The notes under the pieces: model-generated
What the model saw: only the letters and a program-made list of their open reading frames with translations
Database searches by the model: none
Told to the model about the DNA's origin: nothing
Part shown: in pieces, positions 30,172 to 40,353 of the stretch
Layout: each line of letters starts with the position of its first letter
Position numbering within the stretch: the stretch's first letter is position 1
From: Spirochaetota bacterium
GTDB taxonomy: Bacteria > Spirochaetota > UBA4802 > UB4802
NCBI GenBank assembly: GCA_029907515.1
Contig: JARYLT010000006.1
Coordinates: 62 to 64,061, forward strand
DNA: 64,000 bases
Reading direction: 5' to 3'
Translations under genes and position numbers: made by a program

Positions 30172-31452
30172 ATGAAATTTAAATCGCTAATATTGTACCT
30201 TCCTATATTTTCCATATTGCTGCTCATTGATAATGGCAGTGGGCAGGATTATGATGCTCTGATACAGCAAAAAAAATTCACCGATGCCCTGCAGATAATA
30301 CAATTGCAATTAGATGAAATGTATTCTTCCAGAAGTATTGATAAAAAGGTTCCTGACTCATATGTTGCAATTGGAAAAATAGAAGAGGGCATAGACTTGA
30401 AAAAATTATTTACTGATAGAAAATTACAGCCATATTTTATAGAAAATAATGATACACTTTATACACTACATATCAATGCTGCCCTTTGCTATCTTAATAT
30501 GTTCAAATACAAAGAAGCAGTACAACATTACTTCCAGGCATTACGATTTACCACCATAAGTGAAAAAGACCATACAATCTTCTATTCCCTTGCTCTCCTT
30601 TTTAAACGCCTCAATAAATATGACGCATATCTGACTTATTTGGAAGAAGCATATGAAATTAAACCTGATAATTATGATTACTCATTAGAATTAGCTCTGG
30701 CGCTTGCTTCTGGTAAAAACAAGAAAAAAGCACTTTTTCATCTCAACCGTTATATACAGGCAAAAGGCAACGATACCCCTCCTGAACTTTATTTAACTGC
30801 TGCAAACTGCTATGAATCTATAGGTGACTTTATAAACGCAGGACGCTATTATCAATTATATCTTACTATCCACCCTGATGATGCAGCTATACAATTTGCT
30901 CTTGGGTATTTAGCCTATACTAAAATTTCAGACATGAAATTGGCCTATACCTCACTATCAAAAGGGCTGTCACTCTATGGCGATAGTGATCTGATAAGGA
31001 AAGGAATATCACATGCAATAATTGGTGATATAACCAGTATGGATTTAAATTACACAGAAAGTCTCAACCACTATCTCCAGGCTATACAAATTTCTGAAAG
31101 AATACATCAGTCCATAGAAGATAAAAAAAATAGTATTGAAGGGATCAAAATCAAAATTAACACCATTAAATCTACACTACTTGATAAAAAGGACATATCA
31201 CTCTACCCCGAATACCAGTCTCTTATGGATGAATTAGGAAATAATGAATTAGAATTACGCCGCCTTGAGCATGAATATAGCAAACTTACCGTAGGGGAAC
31301 TGTACTTCAAAATTGCTTCAACGTATGAAAATACCATGCAATATCAGCAGGCAATAGACTGGTATACCAGAGCTATCGCTTCCGGTACAAAAATCCGTGA
31401 ATCATCAAAAAAAATTGAAAAAATACAGTTGAAAATTTCACGTGGTTATTGA
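30172..31452 (+). CDS. Secreted TPR-repeat protein
   Basis: An N-terminal signal peptide is followed by multiple TPR-like helical repeats. Confidence 0.5.
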   Translation: MKFKSLILYLPIFSILLLIDNGSGQDYDALIQQKKFTDALQIIQLQLDEMYSSRSIDKKVPDSYVAIGKIEEGIDLKKLFTDRKLQPYFIENNDTLYTLHINAALCYLNMFKYKEAVQHYFQALRFTTISEKDHTIFYSLALLFKRLNKYDAYLTYLEEAYEIKPDNYDYSLELALALASGKNKKKALFHLNRYIQAKGNDTPPELYLTAANCYESIGDFINAGRYYQLYLTIHPDDAAIQFALGYLAYTKISDMKLAYTSLSKGLSLYGDSDLIRKGISHAIIGDITSMDLNYTESLNHYLQAIQISERIHQSIEDKKNSIEGIKIKINTIKSTLLDKKDISLYPEYQSLMDELGNNELELRRLEHEYSKLTVGELYFKIASTYENTMQYQQAIDWYTRAIASGTKIRESSKKIEKIQLKISRGY

Positions 31453-31573
31453 AAAAATTATTTTTACACAAATTTTGTGATTATTTTATTAATGACAAAA
31501 TTAGTCATGATTCTACCATTCGTTCTTGCTTTGTAATAACACTAGAAAACTTGTACATTGAGGAGAATAAAAC

Positions 31574-32320
31574 ATGTCAGGACATTCTAAATGGGCAAAC
31601 ATAAAACACAGGAAAGCGGCACAGGATGCCAAAAAAGGTAAGGTATTTACCAAGCTCATACGCGAAATAACGGTTGCAGCACGGGTTGGTGGCGATGATC
31701 TGAACAGTAATCCTAGATTACGTACCGCTGTATTAAAAGCTCGTGAAAATAATATGCCAATGGATAACATTGAAAGAGCAATTAAAAAAGGTACTGGCGC
31801 CCTTGAAGGCTCAACATATGAAGAAGTTCGGTATGAAGGATATGGACCTGGTGGAGTGGCTATAATGGTTGAGTGTATGACCGATAATAAAAACCGAACT
31901 ACTCCTGAAATACGCACTATTTTTTCTAAAAATGGCGGAAATCTGGGTGAAACAGGATGCGTTGCATATCTTTTTGATAAAAAAGGCGTTATAAACATTG
32001 ATGCAAACGCAACAACCGAAGACAACGTCATGGAAATTTTACTTGATTATGATATTGAGGATATTAAGACAGAAGACAATACAATTGTTGTTTACACTGC
32101 CCCTGAAAAGTTTAATGATATTTTAGAAGTTATTCGTTCAAATAATTTACCAACTCTGAACAGCGAAATTACCTATGTTCCCCAGACAACAGTACAGTTA
32201 GAAGGGCAAAAAGCTTCGCAATGTCTTAGACTCATTGAAGCACTGGAAGATCATGATGATGTTCAGAGTGTTCATGCTAATTTTGATATCCCTGATGATA
32301 TTATTAACAATATGAGTTGA
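31574..32320 (+). CDS. yebC: YebC/PmpR-family DNA-binding transcriptional regulator
   Basis: MSGHSKWANIKHRKAAQDAKKGKVFTKL is the canonical YebC N-terminus. It is followed by ruvC-ruvA. Confidence 0.9.
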   Translation: MSGHSKWANIKHRKAAQDAKKGKVFTKLIREITVAARVGGDDLNSNPRLRTAVLKARENNMPMDNIERAIKKGTGALEGSTYEEVRYEGYGPGGVAIMVECMTDNKNRTTPEIRTIFSKNGGNLGETGCVAYLFDKKGVINIDANATTEDNVMEILLDYDIEDIKTEDNTIVVYTAPEKFNDILEVIRSNNLPTLNSEITYVPQTTVQLEGQKASQCLRLIEALEDHDDVQSVHANFDIPDDIINNMS

Positions 32321-32326
32321 TATTAC

Positions 32327-32812
32327 GTGGCTTATTTACTTGGTATTGATCCGGGATATGGGCGTTGCGGCTGGGCTATCATAAGTGATTCTTTTTCATA
32401 TATCGATTGTGGAGTTATCGAAACAAAGCCCACTGATGAAAATCGTTTGTTAGATGTATATACTTCACTTTCAGATATCATACAAAAATATAGCCCGGTA
32501 TCCTGTGGAGTTGAAAAATTGTTTTTCAATAAAAATGTTAAAACAGCAATTCCAGTTGCACAGGTTATTGGTGTGATAAAATTGTTGCTGGCTCAGCACA
32601 ATATCCCGTATGCTGAATATACACCTGTACAGATAAAGCAATCAATAACGGGGTACGGGCGTTCTTCAAAGGATCAGCTTGCATTCATGGTTAAAAAAAT
32701 ATTAAAAACTCCAGAAATCATACAGTATGATGATGCATTTGATGCACTTGCCATTGCATTATGTCACTGTTTAGCTTTACCAGGTTACTCAATAATCAAA
32801 AAAAATATTTAA
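32327..32812 (+). CDS. ruvC: Crossover junction endodeoxyribonuclease RuvC
   Basis: LGIDPGYGRCGWAII is the RuvC catalytic Asp motif. The start is GTG. Confidence 0.85.
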   Translation: MAYLLGIDPGYGRCGWAIISDSFSYIDCGVIETKPTDENRLLDVYTSLSDIIQKYSPVSCGVEKLFFNKNVKTAIPVAQVIGVIKLLLAQHNIPYAEYTPVQIKQSITGYGRSSKDQLAFMVKKILKTPEIIQYDDAFDALAIALCHCLALPGYSIIKKNI

Positions 32813-32839
32813 TAGTAAAAGGGTTTATTATAACATACT

Positions 32840-33427
32840 ATGATATCGTTTTTAAAGGGAAATATACTTTCTTGTAAACCTACCAGGGTTGTTCTTGATG
32901 TTCAGGGTGTGGGCTATGAAATTCATATTCCCCTGTCAACCTATGAAAAAATTAGTACGGCTAGAAGTACAGAGCTTTTTATTCATATGGTTGTAAGGGA
33001 AAATGCCATATTGTTGTATGGATTTAACTCCGAAGAAGAGCAACAGATATTTTCACTTCTGCTGACCATTTCTGGAATAGGCCCGTCAATAGCAATTTCA
33101 ATTTTATCATCCATGACTCCTCAGCAGATACTATCGGCTGTAAAAAATGACCAAATAACAGCATTTACATCCATACCGGGCATAGGCCAGAGCAAAAGTG
33201 AAAAAATTATTTTTGAATTAAAAAGAAAATTAAAAAAACTAGATACAATCCTGTCCCGGGAATCTACTACAACACCATATATGAAAGATGCTATTGAAGC
33301 ATTGGTATCGTTAGGATTTGATGAAAAGCAGGCTTCATCTACTGTTTCATCGGTCATTGCACAACATAGTGACATAAATAATATTGAAACAATTATCCGT
33401 TTGTCATTAAAACAACTATCTAAATAA
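32840..33427 (+). CDS. ruvA: Holliday junction DNA helicase subunit RuvA
   Basis: MISFLKGNI...GVGYEIHIP, helix-hairpin-helix motifs (ISGIGPSIA, IPGIGQSKSEKII) and the C-terminal domain III are present. Confidence 0.85.
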   Translation: MISFLKGNILSCKPTRVVLDVQGVGYEIHIPLSTYEKISTARSTELFIHMVVRENAILLYGFNSEEEQQIFSLLLTISGIGPSIAISILSSMTPQQILSAVKNDQITAFTSIPGIGQSKSEKIIFELKRKLKKLDTILSRESTTTPYMKDAIEALVSLGFDEKQASSTVSSVIAQHSDINNIETIIRLSLKQLSK

Positions 33428-33622
33428 TCCAGAATATTTGTGATATAATAAAAATAGTAAAATTAAACTATATTAAATGTAACTATATATAAAGTCATAT
33501 TTATATAATCTAATTTAAATTATTTTTAAAATATTTTTATAAACATACAATATTATTATTGCTTTTTTTCAATCTTCATTGTATTTTAAAAGAAATAATT
33601 TAATTTTTATAGAGAGGTAAAT

Positions 33623-34156
33623 ATGAAAATCGAAATTACCATATTGGGGCTCCTTATGGAGGAAAATCTTTATGGCTATGAAATCAAAAAAAGGATAGTT
33701 GAACGCCTTGAAGATTATGTTGATATCAAATTTGGGTCTATTTATTATGCAATAAAAAAAGCCCTGGATAATGGCTGGGTTAAAAAAATTGGAACGGAAA
33801 AAGAAGGCGGAAACCCTGAGCGGTATATATACCAGATATTACCGGATGGAAGAAAGTATTACAAGAAGATGTTAAAACAGTACTTCGACCACAATTTTAT
33901 ACATTTTGATATTGATATAGTGTTGATGTTTTTAAATTCTCTTTCACCTGAACAGCGCGAACAGTTCATTGAAGATCGTGTGGAACATATCAAAGAAAAA
34001 ATGAATGCATTGCGAGAAAAGATTGAAGCTGAATCTAAGAATACATCACCTGCATCACAGTTACATGTGTACACATATCTGGAAAATCATTTAAAAGCTG
34101 AGCTCAACTGGCTGCGATCATTAAAGAAAGGTGAAGTATTAACTGAGGTTGAATAA
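33623..34156 (+). CDS. PadR-family transcriptional regulator
   Basis: ILGLLMEENLYGYEIKKRI...GSIYYAIKKA is a PadR winged-helix signature. Confidence 0.65.
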   Translation: MKIEITILGLLMEENLYGYEIKKRIVERLEDYVDIKFGSIYYAIKKALDNGWVKKIGTEKEGGNPERYIYQILPDGRKYYKKMLKQYFDHNFIHFDIDIVLMFLNSLSPEQREQFIEDRVEHIKEKMNALREKIEAESKNTSPASQLHVYTYLENHLKAELNWLRSLKKGEVLTEVE

Positions 34157-34159
34157 TTT

Positions 34160-35206
34160 TTATTTAATTTTCAGTATATATTCTAAATAATCAGCCTGTT
34201 TAGTGTTGATTAGTTTTTCTAATCCACTTTTAAGCTGCGATAATTCATTAATATAACGGTGAATATCAGTTTTATGAGGCTCTTGCTCTTTCTTTTCTGC
34301 ATAGGCAAGAGCTTTTTTCTCATTAATATCTTCAATATGCATAACATTTGCCTGATGTTTCTTGGCAAGTGAAACCAGTAACATCTGTATAAGCTGAGGT
34401 GAGGAAGATTGTTTCAAATCATCCCTGGTTACTTTTGTAACCAGAACTGTATTCTGGGCCTTCATTGTGGCAGTTCGCGGCATAGATAGTAACATTGCTA
34501 TCTCCCCAATGACTGTCCCTTTTTCAGCTATTGTGGCAACTTTTGTATTCTGTATATAAACCTCAAGCTGACCTGATTCCAGTATATACATAAAATCACC
34601 AATGCTGCCTTCCTGACATAAAACAGAACCAGGAGGAAATTCTATAGTGTTTGAAGAAAGCTCCCGGGGTGTTTCAACTTTTAGTGATTCTGTTGCCCGC
34701 GTAAATGCTTCGCCTTTTTTATATATCAAACTGGTTTTATATTTTTCAATAAGTTCCTTGATCCATGGAAGCCTTCTTTTATCATATTCTTTTTGGAGAG
34801 ATTGAATTATTGTAAAATATTCAATACATATGTTTTTTTCTTTTACAAGCTGTGAATCCAGTTGCAAATCTTTTTTCAAGATTTCATTGGTTAGGACCAA
34901 CATTTTGGCTTCAACAATTGCCAGATTCATAGCAAACGCACTATTGTCCAATCCCTGTATAAGTGTTGCAGCAGGAATTTTTTTTATTGTTGTCCCTTTA
35001 AGCGCTAATGCTGTTTCAAGCCTCAATATATTTTCATTAGTTTTTGCACCCAATACCAGTTCAGTGGCACCAATAATAAGATTTTTACCCTGTAAAAGAT
35101 ACTTATCAGCTTCTGTAACAAATAAATATGCCTTGCCGTCGGCAATTAAATATGCGCTATCTGCCACAGTACTTTTTTTATATAATTGTAATAATTGCTC
35201 TTCCAT
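34160..35206 (-). CDS. Cyclic-nucleotide-binding domain protein
   Basis: The C-terminal CAP-type cNMP-binding motif is GTVIGEIAMLLSMPRTATMKA. A degenerate second copy lies N-terminally. Confidence 0.55.
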   Translation of the reverse strand: MEEQLLQLYKKSTVADSAYLIADGKAYLFVTEADKYLLQGKNLIIGATELVLGAKTNENILRLETALALKGTTIKKIPAATLIQGLDNSAFAMNLAIVEAKMLVLTNEILKKDLQLDSQLVKEKNICIEYFTIIQSLQKEYDKRRLPWIKELIEKYKTSLIYKKGEAFTRATESLKVETPRELSSNTIEFPPGSVLCQEGSIGDFMYILESGQLEVYIQNTKVATIAEKGTVIGEIAMLLSMPRTATMKAQNTVLVTKVTRDDLKQSSSPQLIQMLLVSLAKKHQANVMHIEDINEKKALAYAEKKEQEPHKTDIHRYINELSQLKSGLEKLINTKQADYLEYILKIK

Positions 35207-35207
35207 G

Positions 35208-35564
35208 TTACAGGACTTTATTGATTGCCTCTAACAGCTCTTTCTTTTCAAACGGCTTGGTTAAAAACACACGGGCTTTAATATCCTTCTCATTTATTTT
35301 CAATGTTCTTTCACTTAATGCTGATATCACAATAATTTTAGCATCCGGGTAACTATCGGTTATTTCAGATATTGCTTCAAAGCCATCTTTGCCCCACATG
35401 GTAATATCCATGGTGACTACGTCGGGCTGTATTTCTCGGTATTTTTCCAGGGCTTCAAGGCCATTATCAACCTCTGCCACTACCTCATGACCACCTTCCT
35501 GCAATGTTTGTCTGATAATACGGCGCATAAAACTTGAATCATCAACTATCATACAACGAGCCAT
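35208..35564 (-). CDS. Single-domain response regulator (CheY-like receiver)
   Basis: MIVDDSSFMRRII...DVVTMDITMWGKDG carries the Asp pocket and the phospho-acceptor Asp in context. It is 118 aa and lies 1 bp from the cNMP protein. Confidence 0.8.
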   Translation of the reverse strand: MARCMIVDDSSFMRRIIRQTLQEGGHEVVAEVDNGLEALEKYREIQPDVVTMDITMWGKDGFEAISEITDSYPDAKIIVISALSERTLKINEKDIKARVFLTKPFEKKELLEAINKVL

Positions 35565-35672
35565 TACAAAACCTCTGCATTAACTATGATAATTACGTAC
35601 AAATTCTATTGACAACTACTCCTTTCCAAGCACTACTTAATCATACCATAATCTTTACGTCAAGGCTTTATT

Positions 35673-36398
35673 ATGAGTACTCTCACAAACAAACACATTA
35701 CAAAGCTTTTAAAAGTTGTTGGTAAAGCCATAAATACCTACAGCATGATCAGTTCTAATGATAATGTACTCATTGCTCTTTCGGGCGGGAAAGATTCTCT
35801 TGTTTTGATGGATGCATTACATCGTCGTTTACAACACATTCCCATTACATATAATTTGTATTGCTGCCATGTCTCTGTTACAAACTTTCATAACAAAGAA
35901 ACTATTGAAACACTCAGGACATACTGCCAGCATTACAGCATACCTTTATACGTAAAAGAAATAACATTAGATCTTTCTAATACCAATGCATCACCATGTT
36001 TTGTCTGTTCATGGTTCAGAAGAAAAGCCTTATTTGAAACTGCTGCCCAGCTTCAGTGCAAAAAAATTGCCTTTGGTCACAATCAGGATGATATTATCGT
36101 CACATTTTTTATGAATATGCTCTATCATGGGAAACTATCGACAATGCCGCCAAAATTAAAAATGTTCAATGGCGCATTAGAGATAATCAGGCCACTTGCA
36201 TTTCTCACTGAAGCAGAAGTGAAAGGTTATTGCAATGCATTACCGCTTGTACCTTTGGAAAATGACTGCCCCTATAAAGATACAACCAAGCGAAAGCAGA
36301 CAAAAGAACTATTAAAAATTATTAATAAATCGGTAAAAGGTGCACAATCAAGCATTTTCAGATCATTGCGTCACAGGGATGATGAATATCTGTTGTAA
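35673..36398 (+). CDS. ttcA: tRNA-cytidine(32) 2-sulfurtransferase TtcA (PP-loop ATPase)
   Basis: The PP-loop is SGGKDS, and CFVCSWFRRK...IAFGHNQDDII...GKLSTMPPKL...IRPLA aligns closely with E. coli TtcA. A third Cys (ENDC) is available for a [4Fe-4S] cluster. Confidence 0.8.
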   Translation: MSTLTNKHITKLLKVVGKAINTYSMISSNDNVLIALSGGKDSLVLMDALHRRLQHIPITYNLYCCHVSVTNFHNKETIETLRTYCQHYSIPLYVKEITLDLSNTNASPCFVCSWFRRKALFETAAQLQCKKIAFGHNQDDIIVTFFMNMLYHGKLSTMPPKLKMFNGALEIIRPLAFLTEAEVKGYCNALPLVPLENDCPYKDTTKRKQTKELLKIINKSVKGAQSSIFRSLRHRDDEYLL

Positions 36399-36399
36399 A

Positions 36400-36663
36400 T
36401 CAACCTCCGCCGGAAGGCCTGAAGCAAGAAAGTTCATCACCTTCATGAAGCTTTTTAAAAATCCCAATTCGCTGTCCATTACAAAAATATGCCAACGAAT
36501 AGATATCCGGCAATCCTAATTGTTTTACCACATATCTAACGCGGGAACCCTTAGGAATTTTCAGTATATACCCTTCATCCGGGTTATATCTGTCAATGCT
36601 GGCATCTTTATGTAACCCGCTATACAATTTAACCTTTATTTCAATTTCCTTCTTTTTGAACAT
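36400..36663 (-). CDS. MoaD/ThiS-like ubiquitin-fold protein with C-terminal Gly-Gly
   Basis: It is 87 aa and ends ...FRPSGGG. It overlaps the 5' end of mbhN by 23 nt, so it is the last cistron of the mbh operon. It is convergent with ttcA at a 1-bp gap. Confidence 0.45.
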   Translation of the reverse strand: MFKKKEIEIKVKLYSGLHKDASIDRYNPDEGYILKIPKGSRVRYVVKQLGLPDIYSLAYFCNGQRIGIFKKLHEGDELSCFRPSGGG

Positions 36664-37108
36664 CCGGTGATCCTTCTTCTTTTAATTCATATTTCTTTCT
36701 GTGTTCCAAACCAACAACCAGTGAAGCATCATATTTATTGTAATCAGCCATAAAAAAATGTGTAGTAATCTGTATTGAATTTTTGGGACATATATTAACA
36801 CATTCCTGACAGTAGGTGCACCGGGATAAATATATCACAATTCGTTTTGTTTTTTTATCATTAATGACAGCAGGATATAATTCAATAGCATTGGCAGGGC
36901 ATACCTTGCTGCATAATCCGCAACCGGTACAACTTTCAACATTATATTCTAATCTGCCTCTGAAACCTTCTTTCACCCCAACGGGTGGATGTATTGTACC
37001 TTTTTTAAGAGTATCCGCTGTATCCTCCAGTATATATTTTGAAGGGAAATAATTTGTAGATTTTTTTGCAAACAACTGCTCTACAACTTTATATACCATT
37101 CCTAACAT
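36641..37108 (-). CDS. mbhN: Mbh subunit N (2x[4Fe-4S] ferredoxin, NuoI-like)
   Basis: It carries CTGCGLCSKVCP and CTYCQECVNICP. Confidence 0.8.
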   Translation of the reverse strand: MLGMVYKVVEQLFAKKSTNYFPSKYILEDTADTLKKGTIHPPVGVKEGFRGRLEYNVESCTGCGLCSKVCPANAIELYPAVINDKKTKRIVIYLSRCTYCQECVNICPKNSIQITTHFFMADYNKYDASLVVGLEHRKKYELKEEGSPDVQKEGN

Positions 37109-37118
37109 GGCTCACCTT

Positions 37119-38132
37119 TCATATCATTTTCATCTTTGGATCTAACATAATGAGCACCATTCCAATAATACTTATAGCAGAAACTGCAAATAGAAACACC
37201 TTGGCTACCTGAGAAATCTTCAACCGTGCCATAATTACCCTTATTACAGTTACTCCAATACTATATACAATGACAACTTTTCCTATAAAAAAGATTATTT
37301 CAATCAGTGGAGTAATACTATAACTACCAATGGAAAAAGATAACCCAAACAAACCTGTAAATGTATAGGGGAAAAACAATATAACTATCAAAGCCGATAA
37401 TGACAATGCTTTAAACGCATCAGTTAATAGCAAAAATGCTAATAACTTCCCCGAATACTCTACCATCACACCTTCCGCTATTTCAGTCTCAGCCTCTGCC
37501 TGGTCAAATGGCACCTTAGACATTTCCGCAGGCAGGACAAGTATCATTGCAAGAAACAACAAAATACCACCAAGGATCCCAAATGCACCAGCATGGTGCC
37601 ATAACGTATATTCAAACAGAGATTGCAAGGCAAATGGATTATACATACTATCAGCTACATGCCACGCTATGCTCAACACAACCACAGCGATAGGTAATTC
37701 GGTACTCATTAAAATAACCATTTCACGCTGGGCACCTATAGAAGCATAGGGTGATCCTGAAGCGAAAGCTCCGCTGATAATAGCAATAGATGGTATAAGA
37801 ATAAGATACATAATAACTATCAGGTCACCCTGTACAGGGCTTTGTAATCCGATTATATAACACACATAAGAAAGGGAGATATAAAGTAATAACACAATGC
37901 CTGAAGTAAGTGCAACAAGAGGTGCGCCGGTAAACAACCACCGAACAGATGTTGACGGGATAATTGTCTGCTTCTGCTTTAATTTCAAAATATCATATAT
38001 AGGCTGTGCGATAGGTGGCCCAATCCTTGACTGCATAAAAGCTGCAAGTTTTCTATCAATCCCTTTCAGAAAAAGCCCCGCAAATACACCTGCGACTACG
38101 ATAGCTATCGCCACACCTATCACTTCATCCAT
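37119..38132 (-). CDS. mbhM: Mbh subunit M (NuoH/ND1-like membrane subunit)
   Basis: It is a polytopic membrane protein of 337 aa, adjacent to the large subunit. Confidence 0.75.
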   Translation of the reverse strand: MDEVIGVAIAIVVAGVFAGLFLKGIDRKLAAFMQSRIGPPIAQPIYDILKLKQKQTIIPSTSVRWLFTGAPLVALTSGIVLLLYISLSYVCYIIGLQSPVQGDLIVIMYLILIPSIAIISGAFASGSPYASIGAQREMVILMSTELPIAVVVLSIAWHVADSMYNPFALQSLFEYTLWHHAGAFGILGGILLFLAMILVLPAEMSKVPFDQAEAETEIAEGVMVEYSGKLLAFLLLTDAFKALSLSALIVILFFPYTFTGLFGLSFSIGSYSITPLIEIIFFIGKVVIVYSIGVTVIRVIMARLKISQVAKVFLFAVSAISIIGMVLIMLDPKMKMI

Positions 38133-39358
38133 TGTCTGCGTACCCCTTTATATTTCTGTATACTTTTTGCACGCAATTCTTCCCACGATATGGTAGTGCG
38201 GCTTCCATCTGCTTGCACATATGTCATCCTATCAGCACAGGCCACACACGGGTCAATTGAAGCAACGACTATTGGGATATCAGCTATCTCAATATTGGTA
38301 AGCATTGGTGCCCAGGTAAACCCATTGGAATATGTTGGCGCCTTTACTTTTATCTGAACCGGATGTTCCTGATTATCCAGTATAACATAGTGGCATACCT
38401 CGCCACGGGGAGCTTCATACCGTCCTACTCCCTCCCCTTCTAACTTCTTCAGTGCATTGATCATCTTAACGGCACCACTGCCAGTGTTAATGTCCCCTTC
38501 AGGAAGGTTTTCCATACAGAACTGAATTATTTTAATTGCCTGCTGTATTTCCAGCACTCGAACAGCCATCCTGTCATACACATCACCAATTGGTTCTTTC
38601 CCAATATCCCGTGGGGATACTGGCTTCAACCACAGTATTTCATAGTAGGCATTCACAGGATAATCAACCCGCACATCCTTCATCAACCCTGAACCTCTGG
38701 CCGTTGGTCCCACTGCGCATAATCGCTCAGCCTGTTCTATAGTAAGGATTCCTACTCCTTCAGTCCTGGCTCTCAGCGTTAAATCATCAAGCAATATTTC
38801 CGACGTTCTATTATACAACTCTTCATAGTATTCCAGCACCTGATGAATAGTCTGTGCATTGTCTGCAGTTATATCTCGTCGTACACCACCAATTGTAAGC
38901 ATGGCATAATTAATACGGTTTCCGGTTAGCTCTTCTAAACAATCAAGGACTTTCTCCCTGATATTCCATGTGTACATAAAAAGTGTATCAAACCCAATTT
39001 CATGAGCTGCAACACCTGTCCACAATAAATGTGAGTGCAGGCGTTCCAGTTCACCAACAATAGTCCGTATATACCGCGCACGTGGCGGCACTTCTATGCC
39101 TGCAACATCTTCTATGGCAAGGCAATATGCCATGGGATGCGAGAATGAGCATATCCCACAGACCCTTTCAAGAAGATAGATTATCTGTATGTAGTTTCTC
39201 TCCTGTGCAATTCTTTCTATTGCTCTATGGGTGTAACCAAAATCGATATCAGCCCCAACAACCTTTTCTCCTTCAATCCGGAACGTGAATTTAATGGGCT
39301 CTTTGAAAGCTGGATGAACAGGACCTATATTCAAGGGATACGTTATATCTGATTTCAT
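38120..39358 (-). CDS. mbhL: Group-4 [NiFe] hydrogenase large subunit (NuoD-like)
   Basis: The L1 motif RVCGICSFSH and the L2 motif DPCVACADR are both intact, giving four Ni-Fe ligating Cys. Confidence 0.85.
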   Translation of the reverse strand: MKSDITYPLNIGPVHPAFKEPIKFTFRIEGEKVVGADIDFGYTHRAIERIAQERNYIQIIYLLERVCGICSFSHPMAYCLAIEDVAGIEVPPRARYIRTIVGELERLHSHLLWTGVAAHEIGFDTLFMYTWNIREKVLDCLEELTGNRINYAMLTIGGVRRDITADNAQTIHQVLEYYEELYNRTSEILLDDLTLRARTEGVGILTIEQAERLCAVGPTARGSGLMKDVRVDYPVNAYYEILWLKPVSPRDIGKEPIGDVYDRMAVRVLEIQQAIKIIQFCMENLPEGDINTGSGAVKMINALKKLEGEGVGRYEAPRGEVCHYVILDNQEHPVQIKVKAPTYSNGFTWAPMLTNIEIADIPIVVASIDPCVACADRMTYVQADGSRTTISWEELRAKSIQKYKGVRRQWMK

Positions 39359-39849
39359 TGCATTGATTCCTTACTTTTTGGGGTCCTCAATGGATAAACA
39401 CCATCAGGGAGATAGTTGCCCGTAAAAAGCCTTCTTGGGTCAGGAATATCTTCAATTTCCACACCTATCATTTCCATGGTTTCCCGTTCCATAAAAAGGG
39501 CTCCCGGAACAATATCAGTAATTGTCCTTATCTTTAAATCGTCTTTGGGAATATCCACCGAGATAATAACCATGATTTCAGAAAACTTTGTATCTTTTTC
39601 TTTCAACGCAAATGGATATATAAGCTCAATGCGGTCTTCATACTCTTTATAGGGCATTGGGGTTGATATATGCAGCCTTCCCATAGTTTTCAGGATTGCT
39701 ATTGAGGAATGAAAAGACTCCCTGTCAATACTGATCCAGAGTGTTACTCGGTTAATCCCATTACCATAATTGGTAATCTTTTCACGCGATGCCTGTATGT
39801 GGCTTCCTAATTTATTCTGTAATACCGTTACTATGGATTCAGTTTTCAT
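39355..39849 (-). CDS. mbhK: Mbh subunit K (NuoC-like)
   Basis: At 164 aa it matches NuoC/30 kDa subunit size, and it lies between the small and large subunits. Confidence 0.7.
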   Translation of the reverse strand: MKTESIVTVLQNKLGSHIQASREKITNYGNGINRVTLWISIDRESFHSSIAILKTMGRLHISTPMPYKEYEDRIELIYPFALKEKDTKFSEIMVIISVDIPKDDLKIRTITDIVPGALFMERETMEMIGVEIEDIPDPRRLFTGNYLPDGVYPLRTPKSKESMQ

Positions 39850-39867
39850 TGCATATATACCATAACA

Positions 39868-40353
39868 TCATTTTTGTAATTTTTCCAGTTTTTCCCACGC
39901 TTTTGCTATGCCATATATGATAGCTTCAGGCCTTGGAGGACACCCCGGTATATATACATCAACAGGTAATATTGCATCGACCGGGCCAGCCATTGCATAG
40001 GATTCCTGGAACACCCCTTTGGTAGAGCCACAGCCTCCAATAACAATAACCAGCTTGGGTTCGGGAACCTGCTCGTACACTTGAAGTATATTATCTTTTA
40101 TTTTTTCGGTTACGGTCCCAGTAACAAGCAGCACATCAGCATGCCGGGGACTGCCAACCAGCTTTATACCAAACCTCTCTGCGTCATAACGTGGCATGAG
40201 TGTAGCTAATATTTCAATATCGCATGCATTGCATGACCCTGTATTCATATGGTAAGCCCACAAAGATCGCTTCAAATGCCGGTAAATTACATTTTTCACC
40301 AAAGTACCCCAGTCAGAATAAGAAGCATACCTGCAACAATGATAATAAACCAT
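39868..40353 (-). CDS. mbhJ: Group-4 hydrogenase small subunit (NuoB-like, [4Fe-4S])
   Basis: SLWAYHMNTGSCNACDIE, GGCGSTKG and IPGCPPRPE are the NuoB/MbhJ Cys ligand motifs. The true start is probably downstream of the ATG at 40353, because the ORF overlaps mbhI by 58 nt. Confidence 0.8.
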   Translation of the reverse strand: MVYYHCCRYASYSDWGTLVKNVIYRHLKRSLWAYHMNTGSCNACDIEILATLMPRYDAERFGIKLVGSPRHADVLLVTGTVTEKIKDNILQVYEQVPEPKLVIVIGGCGSTKGVFQESYAMAGPVDAILPVDVYIPGCPPRPEAIIYGIAKAWEKLEKLQK

